Notes under the pieces: model-generated
The model's input: the letters and a program-made list of their open reading frames with translations, nothing else
Databases searched by the model: none
What the model was told of the DNA's origin: nothing
Program-made: the position numbers and the translations under genes
Shown: piece by piece, positions 38,493 through 51,777 of the stretch
Numbering within the stretch: position 1 is the stretch's first letter
Layout of the letters: each line of letters starts with the position of its first letter
Origin: Eledone cirrhosa
Taxonomy: Eukaryota
Assembly (NCBI GenBank): GCA_964016885.1
Contig: OZ024758.1
Span: 33,046,001 to 33,110,000 of the forward strand
Length of the DNA stretch: 64,000 bases
Direction: 5' to 3'

Positions 38493-41400
38493 ATGGCTGA
38501 TATAAGAGTTGGGTGTCTGAATGTACGTGGCCTGGGACTGTCTTGGAAACAAGGCAAACTTTTAAACGATCTCAGGTCGCATAGAATGGATGTAATGGCT
38601 ATTTGCGAGTCCAGGATCAGCAGCGAGCACCAACTGGCGCCCCTCTTCGACGACTTTGAGATCTTCGCATCTCTCTGTCAACCGGGGGGTGGGGGTGGAG
38701 TTGTCGTTCTGCTGCGAAAACACCTGGGCCTCGCCATACAGAAGGTGCACCTGGACCCGGAGGGTCGACTGGTGGTTTTAGACGTCGGCAGTAGTGAAAG
38801 TGGAGCCCTTAGACTAATAGCTGTGTACGCCCCTTTTTGGGCAGCGCGGCCGGAATACTTCCAACGTCTGGAAACTTTTCTGGGAACGTCCCGCTCCTTG
38901 CTTTTAGTGGGGGACTGGAATGGTATCCTGGATGCACGTTGGGACTATGTAGGGGCATGTGCCAATAGAGGGGGGTGTAAAAGCCTCAAAAGGTTAATCG
39001 GCCGATTTGACCTGGCCGATAGATATCGACTAGATTTTCCGACTGTACCACTATGGACGTGGACCAATCGCAGTGGAACATCTAGGTCGTACCTAGATAG
39101 GGTCCTAGTTAGAGAGAACGATAGGGACACATTTAGCTGTCCAAAAATGTTCATGGTTGACTATTCGGATCACAAGTTAGTGACCTGCATAGCCAACCTT
39201 GATAGAACCCATAGACAGGGACCCGGTTACTGGAAGCTGAACTTGTCCTTACCGAGAAGCAAAGCTTACAGTAAACGGATTAGCACGTTAGTTAAGCAGA
39301 GTTTGACAGGGGCAATTGTCAACAACAGGTGGTGGAGCTCTCTTAAGAGAGCAATTAGAATAGAATCGATAGGTTTTAGTCAGGAATTAGCAAGGGATAG
39401 GAACAAGACGGAAAGGGAATTAGTAGATAGAGTAGAAGAGGCGATTAGGAGTGGCAATGTAGCCGGCGTGCTGGCATCAAGAATGGCCTTAGACCAGTTC
39501 TTTGAGGTGAAGCATGAAGGCTGCGTTGTCAGGAGTAAAATACGTGCTCTGGGTAATGAGGGAGCCAAAGCTGTAAGCTGGGCCCGAGTGACAGAGGCAA
39601 AAAGTGGGAACAAGTCCACGATTCGGTCTTTGAAGGACCAGGATGGGCGTGTGATCCTTGAACCTGGGCAGATGTGTGCGGCCTTTCAGCGGCACTTTGC
39701 ACGACTGTTCGAGAGGAGCGGCGCGCCGGGTGAGACTATGGATTTCAATCCATACCTCGACGGTCTGCCGCGCCTCTCGGACGCGGAGGCGAAGTCCTGC
39801 GAAAGGACGATTTCAGCTGCTGAGATAGGGGCGGCGCTGAGCCAATGCGGCAAACGCAAATCCCCGGGTCTCGATGGTCTACCATACGAGCTATATGTAG
39901 CGATGCCGGACTTGTTCTCCGATATCCTCGAAGCGGTCTACTGCAACTGGCAGCAGAACGGGAGAATTCCCAGTTCTGTGACCAAGGGCGTAGTTACGCT
40001 GGTGAGGAAGGATGAGAACAAGGGGGATGACATAAGTAACTTCAGGCCCATAACTCTGCTAAATACAGAGTTAAAGATTTTGGCCAAGGTGTTAGCGAAG
40101 AGGTTGGCGCTTGTCGTTGGAAACCTGGTGGGAGAAGCGCAGACATGCGCAATCCCGTCCAGGTCCATTCACGACAATCTCCACCTTATGCGATACATCA
40201 TAAAGAGGGTAGGGAATGAACCCGGCTTTGGTGGGGCCCTGATCAACTTGGATCAATCTAAAGCTTTCGATAGGGTTGACCATCGTTACCTGGATGCGGT
40301 GCTCGCGGCGGCAGGCTTCGGACCCGTTTTCAGGGGTTGGATTGCTGCGATGCACAGCAGCAACGTCTGCTCAAGGGTCAAGGTGAACGGCCACCTCTCG
40401 GAGCCGTTCCAAATCATGCGATCCATCCGACAGGGATGCCCTCTCTCCTCCCTACTGTATGTGCTGGCTCTTGAGCCACTACTGCGGAAGTTGGAGCGGT
40501 TGCAGGGCATCCCTTTGGAACCGGGATTGCAGAAAGCGGCGTCGGCCTACGCCGATGACGTGACAGTAATGGTGTCGAAAACCTCGCAAATCGGTGAGAT
40601 CGGCACCTTACTGGAGGAATATGAAAGGTTTACAGGAGCCAAGCTGAACCGGGACAAGTCCGTCGGTTTGCAACTCGGAACATGGAGAGGCAAACCGATG
40701 CCCTCCAACGACGTCGTCGGACGCTGGACGGAGGGCCCGGTGAAGCTGCTTGGGGTCTGGTTCGGACCAGACCTCCAGGTGGAGAAAAACTGGAACGAGG
40801 TAACGGCCAGGGTGTTTGCACTCACCCAGAAGTGGGCCCAGTGCAAACTATCCCTGAAAGGTCGAGCGGAGGTGGCGAATACTTATATAGCATCCGTCAT
40901 CTACTACTGCTTGACCGACGTGCCTTGCCCAGTGAAAAGACTCGCCAAAATGGAGTGCGCGCTGTTCCAATTTCTTTGGAACAAGCGGACCCCTTTGGTG
41001 AGGAGATCCATCTGCTGTCAACACCCTTCGAAAGGAGGGCTGGGGATGCCGTGGCTACAGATGCGTAAACACGCATTAAGGCTACGGCATCTCCAGGTAT
41101 TCCTCACCGGTCAACCGGTGTGGGCCCCGTTTGTGAGGCGAGCCTTTCCCAGACTCGTCTCGCTCACCGAGCTGCAATCCTGGGTCAAGCAAAGACCGAG
41201 AAAAGTGGGCGACTGGCACATTGAATGTGCCCAGGCGCTCACGGCCCTCTGGAAAGCGGACCCGGCAATCAGTGGAGACTCCACCTCGACATTCTATAGA
41301 GGGTTGGTACGCAGCAGGTGCGACGATGCTCTCGGAGAAGCTCTAGGCATGGAGGAAGATGAACTGGCCAGTCTGTTCGGTAGGACGTTTGGCCCTGGAC

Positions 41401-41930
41401 CGATGGACAACTTCCAAAAGTCCCTGGCTTGGCAGTGCTACCGAGGGGCTCTACCCGTTCGAGACAAGCTCCACAGGCATGGGAGCCTGGGTAGAGATCC
41501 TTTGAATAAGATCTGTCCGAGATGCGTGCATGATGACGAAACCGTTGCGCACGCATTCGTACACTGCCCAGGCATTGCTGACCTGTGGGGCTATGTGGAA
41601 CGACTACTGTCGAGGGTGGGACCAATCCGGTTGACCACCGAGTCCATTGTCACGATCAAACCGCCTCCCCCTTTCAAAAACGAAGGAGAGGCGGTTTTTC
41701 TCTGTGTGGTAGCCATGGCTAAAGAAGTTGTATGGTGGACGAGGCTGAAAGGGCTGAGGTCAGACACCTTTCTCTCCGGCCAACAACTGGTCCCCTTTTT
41801 CAAATACCATTTTAAAAGAAGGATCAGAATGGAGAGAGAGGTGCTCTACCCCAGCAAGTTTTATGAAAGGTGGGTGAAAGTAGGGAGAATGGCCAGAGTG
41901 AATGGGTCTTCTCTCTATATCAGCCTGTAG
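38493..41930 (+). CDS. Retrotransposon ORF2: APE endonuclease, reverse transcriptase and C-terminal zinc-binding domain (1145 aa)
   Basis: CLNVRG, GDWN, SYLD, SDH; GYWKLN; KSPGLDG, FRPITLLN, DQSKAFD, RQGCPLS, AYADD; GGLG; CPRC...ETVAHAFVHC; no stops. Confidence 0.95.
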   Translation: MADIRVGCLNVRGLGLSWKQGKLLNDLRSHRMDVMAICESRISSEHQLAPLFDDFEIFASLCQPGGGGGVVVLLRKHLGLAIQKVHLDPEGRLVVLDVGSSESGALRLIAVYAPFWAARPEYFQRLETFLGTSRSLLLVGDWNGILDARWDYVGACANRGGCKSLKRLIGRFDLADRYRLDFPTVPLWTWTNRSGTSRSYLDRVLVRENDRDTFSCPKMFMVDYSDHKLVTCIANLDRTHRQGPGYWKLNLSLPRSKAYSKRISTLVKQSLTGAIVNNRWWSSLKRAIRIESIGFSQELARDRNKTERELVDRVEEAIRSGNVAGVLASRMALDQFFEVKHEGCVVRSKIRALGNEGAKAVSWARVTEAKSGNKSTIRSLKDQDGRVILEPGQMCAAFQRHFARLFERSGAPGETMDFNPYLDGLPRLSDAEAKSCERTISAAEIGAALSQCGKRKSPGLDGLPYELYVAMPDLFSDILEAVYCNWQQNGRIPSSVTKGVVTLVRKDENKGDDISNFRPITLLNTELKILAKVLAKRLALVVGNLVGEAQTCAIPSRSIHDNLHLMRYIIKRVGNEPGFGGALINLDQSKAFDRVDHRYLDAVLAAAGFGPVFRGWIAAMHSSNVCSRVKVNGHLSEPFQIMRSIRQGCPLSSLLYVLALEPLLRKLERLQGIPLEPGLQKAASAYADDVTVMVSKTSQIGEIGTLLEEYERFTGAKLNRDKSVGLQLGTWRGKPMPSNDVVGRWTEGPVKLLGVWFGPDLQVEKNWNEVTARVFALTQKWAQCKLSLKGRAEVANTYIASVIYYCLTDVPCPVKRLAKMECALFQFLWNKRTPLVRRSICCQHPSKGGLGMPWLQMRKHALRLRHLQVFLTGQPVWAPFVRRAFPRLVSLTELQSWVKQRPRKVGDWHIECAQALTALWKADPAISGDSTSTFYRGLVRSRCDDALGEALGMEEDELASLFGRTFGPGPMDNFQKSLAWQCYRGALPVRDKLHRHGSLGRDPLNKICPRCVHDDETVAHAFVHCPGIADLWGYVERLLSRVGPIRLTTESIVTIKPPPPFKNEGEAVFLCVVAMAKEVVWWTRLKGLRSDTFLSGQQLVPFFKYHFKRRIRMEREVLYPSKFYERWVKVGRMARVNGSSLYISL

Positions 41931-42167
41931 GTGAAAGAAGAGGAAAAAGAGGAGACGAGGGAAGCACCTACTCTTTGTGCTCCTGAGGAGAAGGGTTACA
42001 CATTTTTTCCGGGGTGTGTGCGACCCATGTTAATGCCCCCTCCCTATTGAGGACTTCGTTTGTTGTTGTTATTTCATTGTTATATTTTTGTACTCGTTAA
42101 TTATATGTAAACTTCCCCCCTTGTATCTGTCCCTACCTTTTGTGCCCTAGTGGCAAATAAAGAAACC

Positions 42168-42878
42168 ACTCTATATATACTATTGTATTGTCACAGTAAA
42201 GGCTTTACCTCACATAATATCTCACATACCATTTACATTACTCTATATATACTATTGTATTGTCACAGTAAAGGCTTTACCTCACATAATATCTCACATA
42301 ACAATTACATTACTCTATATATACTATTGTATTGTCACAGTAAAGGCTTTACCTCACATAATATCTCACATAACATTTACATTACTCTATATATCCTATT
42401 GTATTTTCACAGTAAAGGCTTTACCTCACATAATACCTCACATAACATTTACATTACTCTATATATACTACTGCATTTTCACAGTAAAGGCTTTACCTCA
42501 CATAATATCTCACATAACATTTATATTACTCTATATATACTATTGTATTGTCACAGTAAAGGCTTTACCTCACATAATACCTCACATAACATTTACATTA
42601 CTCTATATATACTATTGTATTTTCACAGTAAAGACGTTACCTCACATAATATCTCACATAACATTTACATTACTCTATATATACTACTGTATTTTCATGG
42701 TAAACACTTTATTTAACATAATGATCTCACATAATACCAAATCTATGAGATTTTGATATTATGTATTTTGAGAACAATACCTTAACATCAGTATGAGTGG
42801 GCAGTTACAGCCGGTTTGAACAGAAAAGGGAGAGAGAATTCTGACCGGATATGACCAGTTTAAATGCTAAAGGGTTAA
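42168..42878 (+). mobile_element. Right part of the 72-bp array (~7.5 units) plus the MITE body and right terminus
   Basis: The array resumes at ACTCTATATATAC, runs into the MITE body, and ends TAAATGCTAAAGGG-TTAA. Confidence 0.9.
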
Positions 42879-43445
42879 TATCACTACGAAACATTGTTTT
42901 TCTTATTACTGAGAAAGAATGAGTGTGTGTGTATGGATGTCTATGTGTGTGTGTATGCGTGTGTATATGGATGTCTGTGTGTGTGTGTATATGCGTGTGT
43001 GTATGGTTATGTGAATATGTATGAGTGTGCATGTATGCATGTGTGTATGTTTGTGTTTGTGTGTGTGTGTTTGTATACATGTGGGTATGTGTGTGTGTGT
43101 TTGTATATATGAGGGTATGTATGTGTATGTATGTGTATGTATGTGTGTGAAGGTGCATGTCTTAGAGGTTAGGGTGCCCAGCTCACAATCATGAGTTCAA
43201 TTCCGAGTGACATGTTTTGTATACGAGAAAGATACTTTATTTCACATTACGCCTGTTTGTTGAATACTCGGACACTTCATGAGCTGGTTGTTCCATTGTA
43301 GGAATAACTGAAAGATTCATAGTCAGAGCCAATGGAAATCTAAGAGAGACACTCTCTCTCACACACCAAGTATCTTGGGCAGCCTATAAACTGTTCAGCC
43401 CACCCTCATGTGTGTGTATGTATATGTATATATCTATCTATCTAT

Positions 43446-43640
43446 CTAAGGCGGGTAAAATTCCCGAGATCCATGGACAAGTTCTCTCCAGCGGTCTCTG
43501 TCCCTCATTATCGCTGCCATATCCTGCATCTCCAACAGACCAGTGTCTGTCCTTAGGGCATCAACATATGTTAACCTTGGTCTTCCTCTTCTAGTGTGTC
43601 CATGTAGGGGCTCCCAAAGGAGCACTGAGTGCAATGTCAA
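43446..43640 (-). mobile_element. RTE-like LINE 3' fragment
   Basis: LLWEPLHGHTRRGRPRLTYVD...RDRWR. Confidence 0.7.
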
Positions 43641-43776
43641 TCAGATTGACTTTGTTAGTTTCAGAAGATCCCGTTAAGGGTGAAAGCAGCGATTCTTTGC
43701 TTAAACTTTAATCTGTTATTTTAATAAATATTTGCTCTACGGTTCTTATAAATTTGATATATATTTATCCTATTAT

Positions 43777-43826
<50 letters not shown>

Positions 43827-44381
43827 GTACACACACACATACACACATATTTATATATATACACACATACATATATATACATATGTATGTATATGTGTAT
43901 ATATATAAGTGTGTGTACATGTGCATACTTACATCTATGTATCAGCTGTGCTAGGGCAAGAAATAATATATATAAGGGTAGGCTGAAAAGTTCCTAGGCT
44001 AACTATGAAGGAGTGATGCTAGAACTGTGAAATTTTACATGCATTAATGTCAACTTAATAACTGCATTGCTTCTTTCCAGAGACTAGGTGGAAAAATAAA
44101 ACTTATTTATGAGAGTATCTTGGTCAGCCTATGAACTTTTCAATCAACTCCAGTAAGCATGCACAAAACAGTTGTTAGATTGTAGAAGTTGTTAGATTGT
44201 AAAAGCATTTAGCTCTTTCTCATTTGTTAAAACTGTATTTGCTAACCACCTTATATAATTGAAATTTATTTTAGCTTTTAAATACACACACAAATTAAAA
44301 TAAGTTTAAAAGATTTGCTTTTAAACTTATTTAAATTTGTATTTCTTATTCCACAATGCTTCAAGCAAACTACAAAACTCT

Positions 44382-44462
<81 letters not shown>

Positions 44463-44676
44463 GTAAAATTCCATTATAATAAATTTTTCAGTATAATGAA
44501 ATTTTTTTTCAATCCCTGGCCACACGCTCGATGTGTTAGGTCGATCCTGTTACAACAAATTGTTTTTAGACCCCGTGAATTTCGTTATGACGGAATTTCC
44601 CAGTATGTGTGAGCCCTGGGTTCAATCGGAGGTAATCATAGTAAGTAAGGTACTCAATACATCAGTAGAGTGTTAA

Positions 44677-44793
44677 CAACAAATTTAATATAGAAATGGC
44701 TTCTACATGATTAGAACTGTTTCATTCAAAGGAAATGATCAGGAATGAAACAGTTCTAGTCCTGTAGAAGTCATTTCTATATTAAATTTATTA
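44677..44793. repeat. Hairpin of a dispersed Penelope-pLTR-like repeat (also at ~2385)
   Basis: AAATTTAATATAGAAATGGCTTCTACA...GAACTGTTTCATTC, followed by its mirror image. Confidence 0.65.
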
Positions 44794-45492
44794 TATATAT
44801 ATATATATATATATATATTAATTCACAAAATGAAACAAAAATACTGTGAGTATTCTGTGTTTATACATCTTATGCCTTTTCTATGTCAACTATAGAAAAC
44901 CATTTCAGATGTTATGTGTGCAGCATGGTGTTGATTTGGAGAAAAGGTGAAATGGCAAAGCAAGTGTTGCTCCTTATATTGCACAAAAGCAAGCAGTCAG
45001 CAGCTGCTGTACTACAACTAAATCACTTGTAAAAACCATAACAATATTAATATTATGACTTGGGGAACAACAACGCTGATATATCTATGCATTAAGTAGT
45101 AGCCTGTTTTCATTCTATGTAGCTTAAGTGTTGCGTGCATAATGTGGTGTATGCTGGTAAAGTTCACTAAAGCAGCAGACAAATCTGATATAAGTTAAAG
45201 CTATCAGCCATTGAATTGATGACTGCTTCAGCTTTAAGCAGTGCAATTAATATCACTTCATCAAATCAACATTTCTTACATGAAAATGTGCATAATCAGA
45301 GTGTCGTAAATAAACATCAGGGAAATCAACTAAGTGTAGCATCAATCTGGCATTCAGTTTTCTTTTGAAACTAAATGATAATAGACATATATTATCATGT
45401 TATATACATATAAATATATACTTATATACAAAATACATACATATACATATATGTGTGTATATATATGTGTGTATATATATGATGATGATGAT

Positions 45493-45523
<31 letters not shown>

Positions 45524-46039
45524 GTATGTATATATATAAATATATATATATATCATCATACATTTGTTGTGCTCATAATTGTTTTGGCATTAATCCACTG
45601 GCTGGATGCCCTTCCTAACACCAGGTGCTTTCCTAACAGACTTGGTGCTTTTATTCGTGCCACCAGCACTAGAGAGGTTGTCTTACTGGACTTTGGGGAC
45701 TTCTCTACTGTGCACCAATTTATTCGGAGTGGTAGCTCTCCTAGACGAGTTGCCTACACTACGGCTTACATCCACCCCGTGACTGCTCTGAGTGGAACTG
45801 GGTTTAAGGTGCTAAGTGCATGAGGAAGTGGTTAGCATACAGGGTCAGGCATGTATACCGGATGTAGTGGAGATGGGTTGGCGGGTGGGAAAGAAAATGG
45901 TGATCTTCTAACACAGCTTTTTATCATATACAAATATGCGCACACACCCGTACATATAGACATATCTTCTTGGGTGTCTTCAACACTAATGATCGTTTTT
46001 AAAAGGAACTGGCATAAATTCTATAAAATGCACACAATG

Positions 46040-46821
46040 TAGGTCCTGGGTACACAAGAGATGTAGCGGGATAGCAGGCAAACTAACAGGTAGGGAGAAA
46101 TATGTATGCAGTAGATGTACAGGGAAATTAGACAGTAGAAGTCGCACTGATAGACACATTTTTCAAATGCGAGAGGGCGCTATAGAAGTGGTGGATAGCT
46201 TCCGGTACCTAGGAGATCAGATTAGCATGGGAGGAGGGTGTTCCGAGGCCATAGTATCTAGAATAAGGACGGGTTGGAAGAAGTTTAGGGAGCTGCTTCC
46301 TCTGTTGACGAAGAAGGGTTTCTCCCTGCGTACGAAAGGCCGGTTGTATGATGCCTGTGTGAGGAGCGCGATGCTGCATGGTAGTGAGACATGGGCAGCA
46401 ACCGCAGAAGATATACGACGGCTGGAGAGAAATGAGGCAAGCATGCTCCGTTGGATGTGCAGTGTAAATGTGCGTGAACGACCCAGCATAAATGTGTTGA
46501 GAGAGAAACTGTGTCTGAGAGGGATAGAATGTAGTGTACGGGAGAGGAGACTGAGGTGGTATGGACATGTGATGCGCATGGAGGATGACCGATGGGTGAA
46601 GAAGTGCCAGGAAATGCCAGTTGAAGGAAGACGTGGTAGAGGTAGACCACGAAAAACATGGGCGGAGGTGGTGAGAACAGACCTCAGATCATTGAAGCTC
46701 ACGGTGGAGATGACGAGGGACCGTGACGAGTGGAGAGATGCTGTGCTGAATAAGACCCGTCCCACCCTTGCAAGCAGGGAAAAGCGGACGTAAAATGATG
46801 ATGATGATGATGATGATGATG
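46040..46821 (+). mobile_element. RTE LINE 3' end with (GAT)n tail, little decayed
   Basis: ORF 46167-46793: VVDSFRYLG...LHGSETW...RRLRWYGHV...GRPRKTW. Confidence 0.9.
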
Positions 46822-46939
46822 AATGTATATATAGTGTATTTTGCAATACACTATATGCTTAATTAAAAGCATGTTGAAGACCATACGCTATTGTTTTAAA
46901 ATAGTGACAATGTCACTTATTTAAATCTTCAGCAAAGAG

Positions 46940-46943
<4 letters not shown>

Positions 46944-46989
<46 letters not shown>

Positions 46990-47215
46990 TATATATATAT
47001 ATACACACATATATAATATATATACATACACACGCACACACATATATATATATACATACATACATACATACACATATATATATATACATACACACATACA
47101 TACACATATATATATATACATACACACATACATACACATATATATATATATACATACACACACACACACATATATATATACACACATACATACACACACA
47201 CACACACATATATTT
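46944..47215. repeat. (TA)/(CA) compound microsatellite
   Basis: Direct reading. Confidence 0.9.
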
Positions 47216-47825
47216 ATATGGTGGCTGCCAACTCGTTTTCGAGTACGGCCACTACTTTATATCCATGTAGGAGAACCCCTACCAATGCGCTGAACGCGTG
47301 TGACTTTTTAGTCCAGCCAGCGACTTGAAAACTAGTACAAACACTACACTTGTGACAATTATTGACACATAGTGCTGGGCCCATAGTACCATGTGACGAC
47401 AAGTGCAGAGAGATCTCTAGATATAAAGCAATGCCTGTGCCGTGAAGCTTTTATAGTGAGCAAAGGCACTGCACAAAGCCAGTCCCACTCTCTTAACCAA
47501 GATGATATTTACCAAAAAGAAGAACAAGTCAACATCATTGGATACCATCAGGGTTGCAGGTGTTATATCAGAGTTTTCCTTCTCCTAGAATTCTGCCTTG
47601 ACAAAGGCTAAGGGGTAATCTCTTTTGGATGGCCATTGACTCTTAAGAGCTCCTTTGCCCTTTGACAGGTTTTGTTTTTAGTCCTGCAGGATGTCCAAAG
47701 TCACCCTCCTCACCAAGAAAGCTTGGTGGGGTTGCCAGTTTAGTCGCCAACGACCAGACCATGAGACAGGTTGTACTGGGATACATGTTACCAGTAGCAC
47801 CAACTGGTGACCTGATATAAATATT

Positions 47826-48489
<664 letters not shown>

Positions 48490-50340
48490 GTATGAAGACT
48501 AACTGTGAGTTATCTAATGTTATTGAATTTCAAAATGGAAATCTTAGCTTAAAATGTAAAAATGATATAGCAGAAATGTTAGTAAAGAATAACAAATGAA
48601 ATGCAGGAAAGTCACAGACTGTCCTGAAGAATAAAATAAAAAAATTAAATCTCAATTAGTTGATGATGTTCCATCAAGATATTATGTTGAAGAAACTCTG
48701 TCAATAATATAATTCCACTAACATGAAATTTTGCACAGAAAATGTTGTTGCTTTTTTAATGTGCATGAATAAATTGTGCCATTGGTTAATTTTCTCTGAT
48801 TAGATTAAATCCCTCAAACTACGCAGTTCGAACATCTAATAGATTATTGCAAGTTCAAAATTAGAGAAGTTGAAAAATGAAATATAAACTTTTAGTTTTG
48901 GGAACTTTCTTTAAACATCAGGAAATGAACAGAAATCATGATTCAATCCAATAAGACCGAACTATATCCCTTACCTTCCTTATTTCTTGAAATTATTTCC
49001 CCTTTTCTTTGAGAATTGCTAACAATTATCAATGGGGTTTTGTTGATTTTCTTCAACAATGAGGAAAATTTCAATTAAGTGAGAAATTTTTGTGTATGAA
49101 ACTCTGTACATCAGCCTTTAACCCTTTCATTACCATATTTCTAAGAAAATACACTGCCAATGTGTTTCAATTGAAAATAACTCCAAATTTGAAAGAATTT
49201 AATAAAATAAATAAGTTTTTCATTAATAAGCTGATATTTAAACCATTTCATCATAATCATTGTAACCATTTTAACGTCCACTTTTCCTTTTAGGAAGGAT
49301 TGTCAGAACTGAAGCAGAGCTACTGACTCCCCAGACAAGTCAGAGATCGATGTCTCACTTATGTATTGTCTCACCTTCCACCAAGTACACAGGAGAGGTT
49401 GTCATGTCTTTGACAACAACCCTTTGTTTGGCAAGATTTCTACAGCACTCTTTACAGGGTGTACTGGGTGCTTATCGTGTAGATCACCAGCACTAGGGAG
49501 GTTGTCATGTCCTTGACATGACTGAGAAACCCTCCCAGTCCTTGTTTGGCAAGCTTTCTACAGTTGCATGCTTTTCCTAACACCAACCACTTTACAGCAA
49601 GTACTGGGTGCATTTATCGTGTAGGTCACCAAATACAGTGTGTTTGCTTTTTATGTGAAGCTGCGTTCATAAACGCGGTGCATAAAGTAAATTCGTGCAA
49701 TTCAAGTCTAATATTTCTAATGAATAAAAAAAAAATTAAAAACCACACGCGTTATAGTGCATTATTCGCGCAAAGTGAATATTTGATAATATTTTTTCAG
49801 GGGGTGTTAAAGCAAATTTGCACACTTCAAGTTCACGTCAAATAAAATTTTGAAGTAAGGTTTTAAAATAAAGATAAACATTTTAAAATGTGCAGTCTTG
49901 TATAAAAAGTCCAGATCAGTTTCAGACAGTTTGTTATCAAAAGAGTTAACATATTTTATATACACAATGTTGACCCACTTGAGTTATTTCCTAGGTTAAT
50001 TTTATTTTTTAATTGTGTATATTATGTACAAATGTAAAATAAATGAACATGTCGAAATACTACTTGATACTCTTCTATGTATATAAGTTGTTTCTGCATT
50101 TGTAATATAAATCTTTCAAAGCTTGATACCTTATTATTCTGTCAGGAAATGGTAGCATTTCCTATTTTTCAGTTAGGTTTGCTGAAGCAAGTGAAATAAA
50201 TGTGCTTTGCCTAATGAATACTGGATTACATTATAATGTAGTGAAGTATGATATGAATTTAAACCATTTTAAAAACAAACTAATGAAGGACGATCTCAAT
50301 ATGACTTGTTCATCTACTAAAAATAGCAACCAAATCTTTC

Positions 50341-50566
50341 TTAACCCTTTAGCATTTAAACCAGCTGTATCTAACCAGAATTCTCTCACTTCTTTCTGTT
50401 CAAATTAGACATAACCAGCTGATAATACTTATGTTAAAGTATTGTTCTCAAAATATATATCAAAATCTCGTAGATTTGATATCATGTGAGATGTTTATGT
50501 GAAATAAAAAGTTTGCCGTGAAAATACAATAGTAAATATAGAGTAATGTAAATGGTAAAGGGTTAA
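50341..50566 (-). mobile_element. piggyBac-like TTAA MITE, single-unit form
   Basis: TTAA-CCCTTTAGCATTTA ... TAAATGGTAAAGGG-TTAA; the body is the reverse complement of 42700-42878. Confidence 0.85.
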
Positions 50567-50702
50567 ATGACATTGTCCTGAATTGAGGAAAAGATGCATT
50601 AGATAATATAATTCTAGATATTTCTAAAAGAGCAAGAATGCTTTTGATTATATGGTTACCTTAGAGCTAAACAACAACAACCATTTTTGAAACTTGAACT
50701 AA

Positions 50703-50764
<62 letters not shown>

Positions 50765-50766
<2 letters not shown>

Positions 50767-51110
50767 GGCGCGTGGCTTAGTGGTTAAAGCATAGGATTCA
50801 CAATTGGGAGGATATGAGTTCAATTTCTGACCGGGTGATGTGTTGTGTTCTTGAGCAAGTCACTTTACTTCATGCTGTTCCAGTTTACTCAGCTGTAGAA
50901 ATGAGTTACGATGCCACTGGTGCTGCCAAGCTGTATTGGCCTTTGCCTTTCCCTTGGACAACATCAGTGGCATGGAGAGGGGAGACTGGTATGCATGGGC
51001 GATTACTGGTCTCCCACAAATAACCTTGCCTGGAATTGTGCTTCAGGATAGAAACTTTATAGGGGTAAATCCCATGGTCATTCATGACTGAAGGGGGTTT
51101 TAACTCTTAC
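50765..51110 (+). mobile_element. SINE family B (CORE-like)
   Basis: GGCGCGTGGCTTAGTGG; GAGTTCAATT; CTTGAGCAAGTCACTT...CAGCTGTAGAAATGAG. Confidence 0.75.
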
Positions 51111-51677
51111 CCTATATATATATATATATATATATATGTATTTGAAAAGAGAAGTAAGGTTCTATACAAAACAGTGGCTATAGAGAAATAGTGAGATTTT
51201 AAATAGCACGGAAGATATATTTAGGATCTCTTTTTCTTCTTTTTTTCCCTTCTTTGATTCATCATCATCATTTTACGTCCGCTTTTCCCTGCTTGCAAGG
51301 GTGGGACGGGAACTGATTCTGGCTTGATTTCTACAGCTGGATGCCCTTCCTAACACCAACCTCATTTACAGTGAGTGCTGGGTGCTTTTTTGCCGTGGCA
51401 CCTCCAAAGTGACATAATTGAAAAAATGAGAGGGCAACTCTTTTAAATAAGAATTTTATAATATATATAAAGTATAACCAGTTTCGATGTATTATTAAAA
51501 TTCATCTTATCAAATGTTGAGTATTACAATTAAAGAGAATTAATAAGAATTAAAAATGAAAAATTAAAGATTTAAAATTAAGTGTTGAGATAAGTTTTTT
51601 TTTTCTTCCTTGTTGAGATGGAAAAAAAAGGAAAACAGCCCGTTAAATATATTTTCTGTGCTATTTCCAATCTCACC

Positions 51678-51716
<39 letters not shown>

Positions 51717-51777
51717 GTTATACTTTGGGAGAGTTATACTGCCAATAAAAATGAAATATATATATATATATATATAT

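Larger units (their letters stand above)
36527..42167 (+). mobile_element. Full-length, apparently intact Tx1/L1-clade non-LTR retrotransposon
   Basis: ~210-bp 5' UTR, ORF1, 21-bp spacer, ORF2, and a 3' UTR with AATAAA at 42156; flanked on both sides by the 72-bp array. Confidence 0.93.

Noticed and set aside
37334-41803. Antisense and alternate-frame ORFs within the Tx1 element
   Set aside because: Shadow ORFs of the genuine ORF1 and ORF2
47285-47345. GAAA-CTAG-TA hammerhead half-motif
   Set aside because: No intact CUGAnGA core or stem I upstream
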